Source of the DNA: Clostridia bacterium
GTDB taxonomy: Bacteria > Bacillota > DSM-521 > Neomoorellales > SLTJ01
DNA length: 64,000 nt
Direction: 5' to 3'
NCBI GenBank assembly: GCA_024653205.1
Contig: JANLFO010000002.1
Location: forward strand, 15,776-79,775
Part shown: positions 8,478 through 17,250 of the stretch, one piece after another
Numbering within the stretch: the first letter of the stretch is position 1
Layout: each line of letters begins with the position of its first letter
The notes under the pieces: generated by a model
Told to the model about the DNA's origin: nothing
The model's input: only the letters and a program-made list of their open reading frames with translations
Databases searched by the model: none
Program-made: the position numbers and the translations under genes

Positions 8478-10205
8478 ATGTCGGGTCGCTTGATCCGGGA
8501 GGCCGTGGTAGACGCGCTCATTGCCGAGGGCGTAAAGTACGTGTTCGGTCTGCCGGGAGGCCAGATGGTGTTCACTTTTAATGACGCTCTGTACGACCGC
8601 AGGGACGAGATCAGGAGCATAATGGCCCGGGACGAGCGGAGCGCCGGCTTCATGGCCTGTGGTTACGCGCAGATGAGCCGGGGACCGGCGCTGTGTTACG
8701 GTACGCTGGGACCGGGTTTCACCAACCTGATTGGCGGGATGTGCGAGGCCTACCGGGGTTCCTGGCCGGTCATATTTCTCTCCTGTAGCACGCCACGGCT
8801 GACGGCCGGCCACGGGAGCATGCAGGAGATACCTCAGATGCAGATGGTGGCGTCGATAACCAAGTGGTCCTGGCACCTGGAGGTTCCCGATCAGGTTTAC
8901 TGGATGATGCGGCAGGCTTTTTCCGAGGCCTGCAGCGCCCCACCCGGCCCGGTATACATCGAGATACCCACGGACATGGGCAGTACCGTGGTGGAAGGAC
9001 TGCAGTATCAGAAGAGCTGCCGGGTCCTGGGGTTTGAGCCCTCAGACGAGGCCGTTGCCGAGGCCGTGGACCTGCTTCTGAGGGCGGAGAGGCCGGTGAT
9101 CATAGCCGGCGGCGGAGTGCACATGGCGCGGGCCTGGGCAGAGCTTCGGGAACTGGCGGAACTGGCGGGTATTCCGGTAGCCACCACCTGTACCGGCAAG
9201 GGCGCCATTTCCGAAACGCACCCGCTGGCCATAGGAGTGGTGGGCAACGAGGGTACGCGGTTCACCAACGAGTACGTGGAAGAGGCCGATCTCGTATTCT
9301 GGGTGGGCTCGGCCATGGAAGACCTGGAGACCTCGGTTTACACCCGGGGCAGGGGAAAGGGAAAATTGATCTGCGCCAACGTCAGTCCCACCCACATCAA
9401 TCGCGTGTGGGTGCCCGACGTAGCGTTGATGGGTGACGCCAGGCTGACCCTGCGGAAGTTAGTGCGTGAGATTAGGGGCCGCAATCTTCCCCGGTCGGAT
9501 TTCCCGGAGCGGTCGCGGGTAAAGGAGTTGCAGGCCCTGAAGCAAGTGTGGGAGAAGGAAATCGAGGAAGAGGTACGGAGCCTCGGCTCCGTTCCTATAC
9601 ACCCGGCGCGTATTGCCAAGGAGATCGACCGGTTGAAGCCGGAGAATCTGGTGCTGGCAGCCGATTCCGCCTTCAACAGTTTTTGGTTCCAGGGCTATCC
9701 CTACTTCAAGATCGTAAAGCCCGGCAACAGCATTGCGAAATCCCAATTCTCCTTCATCGGTTTTGCCGCTGCGGCGGCCATCGGCGCCAAGCTGGCCACC
9801 GATGACCCGGTGCTGGCAGTGTGCGGCGACGGCGGCTTCCACTTCGTGATGCCGGAATTGGCGACCGCCGTAGAATACCAGATTCCGGTGGTCTTCCTGG
9901 TCATGGATAACAACGCCATCGGTTGGATCAAGTACTGGCAGCAGGTGGTACATCAGGAGCGCTATCTGGACACGGACTTCAACCCGCCTATCGACTTCAC
10001 CACCGTAGCCAAAGCATGCTCCTGCCGGTCCCTGCCCCTGGCCCGCCCCGAGGACATCGCCGAGGTCATGCGGGAAGCTTTCCGTATCACCGCCGAAGGT
10101 GAACCGGTGCTGGTTCACGCCCGCGTAGATTGGTCGGCCCGGTGGTGGGGAAGCGACGACGTGGTGAAGGTGTATACCGAGGGGAGAGTTCCGAGACCGG
10201 TGTAA
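8478..10205 (+). CDS. Thiamine-diphosphate-dependent enzyme (acetolactate synthase large subunit-like family; specificity unknown)
   Basis: 575-aa ORF. N-terminal PYR domain (YVFGLPGG...ARDERSAGFMACGYA) and a ThDP motif GDGGFHFVMPEL...VMDNNAIG. Confidence 0.85.
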   Translation: MSGRLIREAVVDALIAEGVKYVFGLPGGQMVFTFNDALYDRRDEIRSIMARDERSAGFMACGYAQMSRGPALCYGTLGPGFTNLIGGMCEAYRGSWPVIFLSCSTPRLTAGHGSMQEIPQMQMVASITKWSWHLEVPDQVYWMMRQAFSEACSAPPGPVYIEIPTDMGSTVVEGLQYQKSCRVLGFEPSDEAVAEAVDLLLRAERPVIIAGGGVHMARAWAELRELAELAGIPVATTCTGKGAISETHPLAIGVVGNEGTRFTNEYVEEADLVFWVGSAMEDLETSVYTRGRGKGKLICANVSPTHINRVWVPDVALMGDARLTLRKLVREIRGRNLPRSDFPERSRVKELQALKQVWEKEIEEEVRSLGSVPIHPARIAKEIDRLKPENLVLAADSAFNSFWFQGYPYFKIVKPGNSIAKSQFSFIGFAAAAAIGAKLATDDPVLAVCGDGGFHFVMPELATAVEYQIPVVFLVMDNNAIGWIKYWQQVVHQERYLDTDFNPPIDFTTVAKACSCRSLPLARPEDIAEVMREAFRITAEGEPVLVHARVDWSARWWGSDDVVKVYTEGRVPRPV

Positions 10206-10249
10206 GGGCAGAAACCAGGTGCCTACGCCATTTGCACTCCAGTTTTGGG

Positions 10250-10299
10250 GGCCGGCGCGCGGCCGGGACTGCTTCCGGTCGGGCTGCCGGCCTCTTTTG
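10250..10299 (+). terminator. Putative intrinsic terminator after the ThDP-enzyme gene
   Basis: GGCCGGC (10250-10256) pairs with GCCGGCC (10286-10292). There is inner GC pairing, followed by TCTTTTGC. Confidence 0.4.
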
Positions 10300-10470
10300 C
10301 TGATGAAGGTAAAAAGTCTTAAGAGGGCGGGCATGGTCCCTCTGTTACGAATACTCGGGCACGACGAGCGATACAGGTCGAGGGCAGGCGCCTAGCCGGA
10401 GGCGTGAGCCTGAGGTACAATAGCTAAAGACGCGGCGTTAGCGCAAAGGTCGTGGAGAGGAGGGAGTGCG

Positions 10471-11523
10471 GTGCGCTTATTGGCACTGGTCTTGGGCGGC
10501 AACACTCTTCAGACCTGGATGGTAGCGGCCCTGATAGGCGCGACCGCTCTGGTGGCTCTGTGGTTGGCCAAGAGACTGATTGGCCGGTTTCTTGCGGTCG
10601 TGAGTGAGAGAACCAAGAGCGAAACCGAGAGTCTGGCATCCAAAATACTGGCAAGAACGGGCTTTTGGTTTCTCTTGGCCGTTTCCCTTTATTTGGGCCT
10701 TTCCTTGGTGGATTTGCCGGAGCGGGCTACCGGGATCGTAAGCAAAGTGATGGTTGTTCTGGTCTTCCTTCAAGTAGGCCTTTGGGGTAATGTCATAGTC
10801 ACTCACCTGGTGGCGGGGAACATTAAGGCCCGACTGGGGGAAGACGACGTCGGCGTAGCCACGGTTTACGCCGTCGGCTTTATGGCGCGGTTGATTCTTT
10901 GGGCGGTGGTTTTCCTTCTGATTCTTGAGAACCTGGGAGTAAACATCACTACCCTGGTAGCCGGACTGGGTATCGGCGGCATCGCCGTGGCCCTGGCGGT
11001 GCAGAACATTTTGGGGGATCTATTCGGGTCGCTATCCATCTTGTTGGATAAGCCGTTTGTGATCGGAGACTTTATCATCGTGGACAATTACATGGGCACG
11101 GTGGAGCATATAGGCCTCAAGAGCACGCGTATTCGGAGCCTCTCCGGCGAACAACTCATTTTCTCTAATTCCGATCTGCTCAAGAGCCGAATTCGCAACT
11201 ACAAGCGCATGTACGAACGCCGGGTAGTCTTTTCTCTGGGGGTAACCTACGAGACACCGTATGAGAAGCTGGAGCGCATCCCGGTTCTGATCCGCGAGGT
11301 CATAGAAGCGCAGCCGGGGGTACGCTTTGATCGGGCTCACTTCAACGAGTACGGCCCCTTCTCCCTCAATTTCGAGGTCGTGTACTACGTGTTGAATCCG
11401 GACTACGACACCTACATGGATATCCAGCAGGCCATTAACCTGGCTATTTTCCGCCGTTTTAAGGAGGAAGAGATTGACTTCGCCTATCCCACCCAGACCT
11501 TGTACCACAAGACCGGGCCGTAG
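10471..11523 (+). CDS. Mechanosensitive ion channel, MscS family
   Basis: 350-aa ORF. N-terminal TM helices, then the MscS core LGDLFGSLSILLDKPFVIGDFI...GTVEHIGLKSTRIRSL. SD GGAGAGGAGGGAG lies before the GTG. Confidence 0.85.
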   Translation: MRLLALVLGGNTLQTWMVAALIGATALVALWLAKRLIGRFLAVVSERTKSETESLASKILARTGFWFLLAVSLYLGLSLVDLPERATGIVSKVMVVLVFLQVGLWGNVIVTHLVAGNIKARLGEDDVGVATVYAVGFMARLILWAVVFLLILENLGVNITTLVAGLGIGGIAVALAVQNILGDLFGSLSILLDKPFVIGDFIIVDNYMGTVEHIGLKSTRIRSLSGEQLIFSNSDLLKSRIRNYKRMYERRVVFSLGVTYETPYEKLERIPVLIREVIEAQPGVRFDRAHFNEYGPFSLNFEVVYYVLNPDYDTYMDIQQAINLAIFRRFKEEEIDFAYPTQTLYHKTGP

Positions 11524-11706
11524 CTCTTTGCGGTACCGGTAATTCCTCAGACACAGGGTATTTGGCCTACACCGCCGTCTGCCGAAGGCAAGTAAGCGTG
11601 TTCGCTCTCGGCAGTTATCTGCCTACTCAGGGCTTGGGTGGTTCTCTGACCGGTTGTAGGTAGTTATATGGACCGCGAAGCTTGATTATCTTTATGAGGA
11701 AGGCAT

Positions 11707-11736
11707 TTGACAACAAACAACCTACGATTTTATAAT
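11707..11736 (+). promoter_or_regulatory. Consensus sigma-A-type promoter of the opuA operon
   Basis: TTGACA (11707-11712), 18-nt spacer, TATAAT (11731-11736). Lies 25 nt upstream of the opuAA ATG. Confidence 0.6.
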
Positions 11737-11761
11737 AAATTGGAAGTTGGGAGGAGAGGTT

Positions 11762-12967
11762 ATGGCGAAGATAATTGTTGAGCAGCTCACTAAGGTGTTC
11801 GGTCGCAACCCGGAACGGGCGCTACAAATGCTTAATGAGGGCCACGATCCGGCTGAGGTGTTTCGGAGCACCGGGCTGGCGGTGGCCGTGTGGAACGCTT
11901 CCCTGTGTGTGGAGCAGGGGGAACTGTTTGTTATCATAGGTCTTTCCGGTAGCGGCAAATCCACTCTGATACGCTGCCTCAACCGGCTGGTGGAACCGAC
12001 CGCAGGCAGAATCGTGATCGACGGTGAGGACGTTACGGTCATGGATGGCCGTCAGTTGCGTCAGTTCCGGCAAAGAAGGCTGGGGATGGTGTTTCAGCGT
12101 TTTGCCTTGTTCCCCCACCGAACGGTTTTGGAAAACGTGGAGTTCGGGCTGGAGATCCAGGGCGTAGATTCCAGGGATAGAAGGGAGAGGGCCATGGCTA
12201 TGCTCGAGCTCGTCGGGCTGTCCGACTGGGCTCAATACAAGCCGGACGCCCTCAGCGGTGGCATGCAGCAGCGGGTTGGCCTGGCCCGAGCTCTGGCCAG
12301 CGATCCGGACATTCTGCTCATGGATGAGCCCTTTAGCGCCCTCGATCCCCTTATCAGGCGGCGGATGCAAGATGAGCTCCTTCAGCTTCAGCAGCGGCTG
12401 GGCAAAACCATTATCTTCGTCACCCATGATCTCGACGAAGCCCTGAAACTCGGCGACCGCGTGGCCATTATGAGGGCGGGCCAGATAGTGCAGGTGAGCA
12501 GCCCGGAAGAGGTTCTGGCCAGGCCGGCAGACGAATACGTGGCGGAGTTTACTAGAGACGTTAATCCGATAAAGGTGCTTAAGGCGCGAAACGTGATGTG
12601 GCCGCCGGACCCTCTGGTGTTCCTCAAGGACGGACCACGGGTGGCCCTAAGACAAATGCAGGAACGAGGTCTTTCCAGCGCCTTTGTGGTGGATAAGAAC
12701 CGGCGCCTAAAGGGTCTTCTGACGGTGGATGCCGCCTTAGCGGCCATCCGCCAGGGGCAGGATAACCTAGAAGATCTGGTAGAGGCTGATTTCCCCAGGG
12801 CCCACCCGGATACTTCACTGGAAGAACTGATTTCTACGGCAGTCAGCAGCCGGTACCCCATCGCCGTGGTCAACGGCGACGGGGTGTTGCAAGGCATCAT
12901 AGCCCGCGTGGCCGTGCTGTCCGCGTTGATCGGACCTCAAGGAGGAGAGGAACGTGCCGTATCTTAG
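11762..12967 (+). CDS. opuAA: Glycine betaine/proline betaine ABC transporter, ATP-binding protein with tandem CBS domains
   Basis: Walker A GLSGSGKST, signature LSGGMQQRVGLARAL, CBS-type C-terminus. ATG at 11762 follows GGGAGGAGAGG (the track start 11747 is a TTG inside the SD). Confidence 0.9.
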   Translation: MAKIIVEQLTKVFGRNPERALQMLNEGHDPAEVFRSTGLAVAVWNASLCVEQGELFVIIGLSGSGKSTLIRCLNRLVEPTAGRIVIDGEDVTVMDGRQLRQFRQRRLGMVFQRFALFPHRTVLENVEFGLEIQGVDSRDRRERAMAMLELVGLSDWAQYKPDALSGGMQQRVGLARALASDPDILLMDEPFSALDPLIRRRMQDELLQLQQRLGKTIIFVTHDLDEALKLGDRVAIMRAGQIVQVSSPEEVLARPADEYVAEFTRDVNPIKVLKARNVMWPPDPLVFLKDGPRVALRQMQERGLSSAFVVDKNRRLKGLLTVDAALAAIRQGQDNLEDLVEADFPRAHPDTSLEELISTAVSSRYPIAVVNGDGVLQGIIARVAVLSALIGPQGGEERAVS

Positions 12968-13811
12968 TCTACACGTGGCCGATTGGGTAGACAAGGTCGT
13001 CGACTGGTTGGTGACCAAATACGACGCCGCCTTTGACACCTTAAAGGCGCCTTTGGTAACCTTCATGGACGCCCTGGAGGCGGCTCTGCAAGCCTTACCT
13101 CCGGAGGTGATTCTGATTGGCCTGGCCCTACTGGCCTGGTATCTGGCGGGCAAGAAAGTGGCCGTAATGAGCGCCGCTGGGCTCTGGGTGCTTTATGCCA
13201 TGGGGTTATGGCGGGAAACCATGACCACCCTGGCTCTGGTATTGGTGGCCACGGCTCTTGCCGTGGGCATAGGTATTCCTTTGGGCATCCTGACGGCGCA
13301 AAACCACCGGGTCGAGCAGGTCGTACGGCCCCTTCTCGACTTCATGCAGACCATGCCCAGCTTCGTCTATTTGATTCCAGTGCTGATGCTTTTCGGGATC
13401 GGAAAAGTCCCGGCAGTGTTCGCCACCCTCATCTTCGCCATGCCTCCGGCTGTGCGCCTTACCAGTCTGGGTATCCGTCAGGTGCCGACCGAAGTGGTGG
13501 AGGCGGCCAAGGCCTTTGGGTCCAGCCGCTGGCAGCTTTTGGCCAAGGTCCAGTTCCCCATAGCCCTCCCCACGGTGATGACCGGGGTTAACCAGAGCAT
13601 CATGCTCGCCCTTTCCATGGCCGTAATCTCGGCTATGATCGGTGCCGGCGGCCTGGGAGGGGTGGTCTATGCGGCCATCAGTCGTGTGGAGGTAGGCAAG
13701 GGATTCGCGGGTGGGATAGGCATTGTCGTACTGGCCCTCATTCTAGACCGGGTGACGCAGGGAATCGCCGGACGCAGTGCGGTCAAGAAGAGCTCGACGG
13801 CCTGGGGATAA
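12954..13811 (+). CDS. opuAB: Glycine betaine ABC transporter permease
   Basis: 285-aa polytopic membrane ORF with a BPD-transporter EAA-like loop (EAAKAFGSSRWQLL). Overlaps the opuAA stop. Confidence 0.9.
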   Translation: MPYLSLHVADWVDKVVDWLVTKYDAAFDTLKAPLVTFMDALEAALQALPPEVILIGLALLAWYLAGKKVAVMSAAGLWVLYAMGLWRETMTTLALVLVATALAVGIGIPLGILTAQNHRVEQVVRPLLDFMQTMPSFVYLIPVLMLFGIGKVPAVFATLIFAMPPAVRLTSLGIRQVPTEVVEAAKAFGSSRWQLLAKVQFPIALPTVMTGVNQSIMLALSMAVISAMIGAGGLGGVVYAAISRVEVGKGFAGGIGIVVLALILDRVTQGIAGRSAVKKSSTAWG

Positions 13812-13855
13812 CGCCTGCACTACAAACACGAACAAAACAAGGAGGTTAATTGGAA

Positions 13856-14764
13856 ATGGCTATATCGCGGAGTGTGAAAAAAGGTTGGTGGAAGGTCTGC
13901 GCGCTCCTGGTGGTTTTGTTGATTTCCGCTGCTGCCTGCAGTGGGGGACAGCAGCCGGTCGACGAAGGAAAGGGTGGTTCGCAAAGCAAGGGCAAGCTGG
14001 TCTTTGGCGTTACTCCTTGGACCAGTACCATTCCACCCACTTATGTGGCCAAGCACATTCTGGAGGATTTGGGTTACGAGGTGAAGCTGCAGGATGCCGA
14101 GGTGGGCGTGGTTTTCGCCGGTTTAGCCAAGGGTGACGTTGACATTTTTATGGACTCCTGGCTCCCGGACATGCATCGGGAGTTTATGGATCAGTACGGA
14201 GAAAAGATCGATGACGTTGCCGTGAGCTATCGGGAAGGGGTCCTGGGTTGGGTGGTGCCTGCCTATTCGCCGGCCAATTCCATTGCCGAACTGAACCAAT
14301 ACAAGGACAGATTCGGAGGCAAGGTTTACGGTATCGACGCCGGTGCGGGCATGATGAAGACCTCGAAGGCGATTATCGAAGCCTACGGTCTGGATTACGA
14401 GTTGGTCGACGGCAGCGAGCAGGCCATGCTCACCATGCTGGAGGACGCCTACAGTAACAAACGTGACATCGTTATATTGGGCTGGCGGCCGCACTGGAAG
14501 TTTGCCAAGTACGACCTGAAGTTCCTGGAGGATCCCAAAGGCTTTTGGAAGAGTTCTGAGGTTCACGTCCTAGTGCACAAGGGGCTTGACCAGAAGGCTC
14601 CGGAGGCTTACGCCTTTCTCAAGAACTGGCGAATACCTATTGAGGATGTGGAAGATATGATCCTTAGACTAGAGCTGGAAAGCGCCGATCCGACGCAGCT
14701 TGCGGCCGATTGGGTAGAGAATAACCAGGAGAAGGTGGAGGCCATGCTGAAAGACGTAAAATAG
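13856..14764 (+). CDS. opuAC: Glycine betaine-binding lipoprotein (substrate-binding component)
   Basis: Signal peptide plus lipobox LLISAAAC. OpuAC/ProX-like sequence (WTSTIPPTYVAK...GWRPHWKF). ATG at 13856 is 10 nt after GGAGG. Confidence 0.9.
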   Translation: MAISRSVKKGWWKVCALLVVLLISAAACSGGQQPVDEGKGGSQSKGKLVFGVTPWTSTIPPTYVAKHILEDLGYEVKLQDAEVGVVFAGLAKGDVDIFMDSWLPDMHREFMDQYGEKIDDVAVSYREGVLGWVVPAYSPANSIAELNQYKDRFGGKVYGIDAGAGMMKTSKAIIEAYGLDYELVDGSEQAMLTMLEDAYSNKRDIVILGWRPHWKFAKYDLKFLEDPKGFWKSSEVHVLVHKGLDQKAPEAYAFLKNWRIPIEDVEDMILRLELESADPTQLAADWVENNQEKVEAMLKDVK

Positions 14765-14894
14765 CCGGCGGCTTTTTCCTCGGCTACTTTGGTTCGATGT
14801 TCGAGCGCGGGACCATGCAGGCGCTACCTTTGTTCATCGGGGGCATCGCCGGACTGGTAGCCGCCCGTGACCGCGCCTTTCACCGTGGCACCCG

Positions 14895-15263
14895 TTATCG
14901 CTGGCTGGTATTGCACGGATCTGTAGTCTGGGTAGGCACAGAACTGATCCGGGGCGTGATTCCCGTTTGGGGTACCTGGGGTTTTGGGGCAACCGGCAGG
15001 CGAAGATGTTGGCCGGGCGTCAGCCCGGGGTGAAGGTACAGGGCGGGATTGCAGGAAATCAGCCTTTCCAGACGGTAGCCGCCCGCGACGGGACGAAGCT
15101 GGAGTACGTCTGTGCCGACGGGTATCTCTACCAACCGGCCGACCTGCTCCCATCCGGCCAGCACCGTTTCCGAAGGGATTGGGGTGTAAAGGACGCACGG
15201 TGCGGTATTATCCAGCCAGGCATACACGATGGTGCCTGCCTCCGTTTCTTTCTTCCGTTGCAA
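14895..15263 (-). CDS. ylzJ: YlzJ-like protein
   Basis: VLYTPIPSETV...RLERLISCNPALYLHPGLTPGQHL matches the YlzJ family as I remember it (ILYTMMP...IVRLLSTDP.HYL...PG). Sits directly downstream of tepA, as in B. subtilis. Start uncertain: TTG 15263 or GTG 15227 after GGAGG. Has a roughly 40-aa Pro-rich tail. Confidence 0.6.
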   Translation of the reverse strand: MQRKKETEAGTIVYAWLDNTAPCVLYTPIPSETVLAGWEQVGRLVEIPVGTDVLQLRPVAGGYRLERLISCNPALYLHPGLTPGQHLRLPVAPKPQVPQTGITPRISSVPTQTTDPCNTSQR

Positions 15264-15361
15264 CCCGGGCTTCGCCCAAACACGGTCGGATCGAGTTTGG
15301 AGGTGGCGAGGCCCAGCCGGGTCGGCAGCGGCGTGCGCCGATCCCGAGCGCAGACCATCTC

Positions 15362-16114
15362 CTAGTGCATGGCCTTGCGTGCGGCGATCAACTCCTGCAA
15401 CTTGGCCACCGCCTGGGCAAGCCCGCCCACCTGGTCGATCAGCCCCACCTCTACCGCATCCCGGCCCACCAGCACCGTCCCTATATCCCGGGCCAACTCG
15501 CCGGAGCGGAACATCAACTCCCGGAACTTGGCCTCGCTGATGCGGGAATGCTCGGCTACGAAGCGCACCACCCGGTCCTGCATCTTGTCCAAGTAGTCAA
15601 AGGTCTGGGGTACGCCGATCACCAGCCCGGTAAGCCTGATGGGGTGAATGGTCATGGTGGCAGTTTCGGCAATGAAGGAGTAGTCCGTGGCCGTGGCCAC
15701 GGGGACGCCGATGCTGTGCCCGCCGCCCAGGACCAGGGAAACCTTAGGCTTGGAAATGCTGGCCACCATCTCGGCAATGGCCAGCCCCGCCTCCACGTCA
15801 CCCCCGACGGTGTTGAGAACCACCAGCAGGCCTTCTACCGCCGGGTTTTGCTCAATGGCAACCAGTTGCGGGATCACATGTTCGTACTTAGTGGTCTTAT
15901 TCTGGGGAGGCATTACCATGTGCCCCTCTATCTGGCCGATTATGGGGAGCACAAAGATATTGCTCTGGTAATCGGCTACTCCGGTTTGTCCCAATTCCTT
16001 AAGACTCGGGAGCCGGGTAGTGGCCGCAGGGTCGGAAGCAGGCTCACCGGTTGACGGTTGGGCCAGGAGAGAACGAAAGCCGAGCTGATGGGGACCGGAC
16101 TGGCAAAACGGCAT
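15362..16114 (-). CDS. tepA: ClpP-fold serine protease TepA (translocation-enhancing protein)
   Basis: [34 protein letters not shown]...[17 protein letters not shown]...GGGHSIGVP...[11 protein letters not shown] is near-identical in motif order to B. subtilis TepA. SD GGGAGAAAGGAGG. Confidence 0.85.
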   Translation of the reverse strand: MPFCQSGPHQLGFRSLLAQPSTGEPASDPAATTRLPSLKELGQTGVADYQSNIFVLPIIGQIEGHMVMPPQNKTTKYEHVIPQLVAIEQNPAVEGLLVVLNTVGGDVEAGLAIAEMVASISKPKVSLVLGGGHSIGVPVATATDYSFIAETATMTIHPIRLTGLVIGVPQTFDYLDKMQDRVVRFVAEHSRISEAKFRELMFRSGELARDIGTVLVGRDAVEVGLIDQVGGLAQAVAKLQELIAARKAMH

Positions 16115-16297
16115 TACCGTCGGGCCTCCTTTCTCCCTATAGTCTTAGATCAATTGCTTGCTCCGATACCAGGCTAAAGCAGGTATTGTTCGTAAGCCCG
16201 ACGAACCATAAACCTATATGGAAGGAAAAGGAACGGCAAGGTGGTCTGCCTGGACGCCGGATTCGGGGAAAGGCGTCCGGTGCTGAGGAGGCTGAAA

Positions 16298-16390
16298 GCC
16301 GGGTTATCCCCGGTTTCCGAATGCCGGGGCGATCTCATCTAGTACATTGGCTCCCGACCAGGCGTATTCACGGGTGCAGCCGGATGCCGG
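16298..16390 (+). repeat. Partial (5'-end) copy of the long-hairpin repeat family
   Basis: GCCGGGTTATCCCCGGTT (16298-16315) is identical to 25897-25914. AGTACATTGGC (16341-16351) and GCCGGATGCC (16379-16388) follow in the same order as in copy A. Confidence 0.45.
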
Positions 16391-16457
16391 GGGCTGGCCT
16401 CGGGATGCCAGTAGTGGTATTATCATGACGGCAGGATCGTGTCGAGGAGGGGTGGCG

Positions 16458-17234
16458 GTGAACGCCGGTCAGGCGTTGGTGCTGGGGTTGGTGCAGGGTC
16501 TCACCGAGTTCTTGCCCATCAGCAGCTCGGGGCACCTGGTTATCTTCCAGGAGTGGTTGGGAGTGGGTACCCCGGGCCTTCTATTTGAGGTTATGGTACA
16601 CTTCGGTACCCTGCTGGCCGTGGTAGCCGCCTTTTGGAGGGATATCCTCGATATCCTTCGCCGCCCCTGGCACAAGATGCTGGTCCTGATCCTGGTGGGT
16701 ACGGTTCCTGCCGGCCTGATGGGGTTGCTGTTGGAGCCCGTATTCAGCGCCGCCTTCGAGTCGCTGTTCGTGGTGGGAGCGGCGCTTCTGGTTACCGGGC
16801 TGCTGCTCTGGTGGGCGGGACGGAGGCCTCCCGGCCGGAAAGGACTTGCCACCACCAGCCTTCTCGATGCTCTGGCCGTGGGCTTCGGGCAGGGTCTTGC
16901 CATTACCCCAGGGCTCTCCCGGTCGGGTACTACCATTGCCTTCGCGTTGCTTCGGGGGATGGAACGGCAGATGGCTTTCCGGTATTCGTTCCTGCTTTCC
17001 ATTCCGGCGGTCCTGGGGGCCAACCTGTGGGAAGCCAGATCCCTGGCCGGAGAAGTAGGGGGTATAGGGATTCCCCCAACCTACTGGTTGGCGGTGGGGG
17101 TAGCGGCCATAAGCGGCTACGTAGCCATTCGTTTCCTGCTTGCGGTGCTAACCCACGGGCGTCTCTACTGTTTCTCATACTACTGCTGGCTTCTGGGTGG
17201 GGCGGTGCTGCTCTCCGGGGCGGCCCTGGCCTAG
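16458..17234 (+). CDS. uppP: Undecaprenyl-diphosphate phosphatase
   Basis: [22 protein letters not shown]... is the BacA/UppP signature. Start trimmed to the GTG at 16458 after GAGGAGGGG (track start 16347 lies inside the repeat). Confidence 0.9.
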   Translation: MNAGQALVLGLVQGLTEFLPISSSGHLVIFQEWLGVGTPGLLFEVMVHFGTLLAVVAAFWRDILDILRRPWHKMLVLILVGTVPAGLMGLLLEPVFSAAFESLFVVGAALLVTGLLLWWAGRRPPGRKGLATTSLLDALAVGFGQGLAITPGLSRSGTTIAFALLRGMERQMAFRYSFLLSIPAVLGANLWEARSLAGEVGGIGIPPTYWLAVGVAAISGYVAIRFLLAVLTHGRLYCFSYYCWLLGGAVLLSGAALA

Positions 17235-17250
17235 CCGGGAGGTGCTTTAC

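Noticed and set aside
13801-13812. CCTGGGGATAAC, a 12-mer identical to 42046-42057 and containing the repeat terminal core, at the end of opuAB.
   Set aside because: It overlaps the coding sequence and stop codon (GCC TGG GGA TAA) and has no other repeat features around it. Most simply a chance match.
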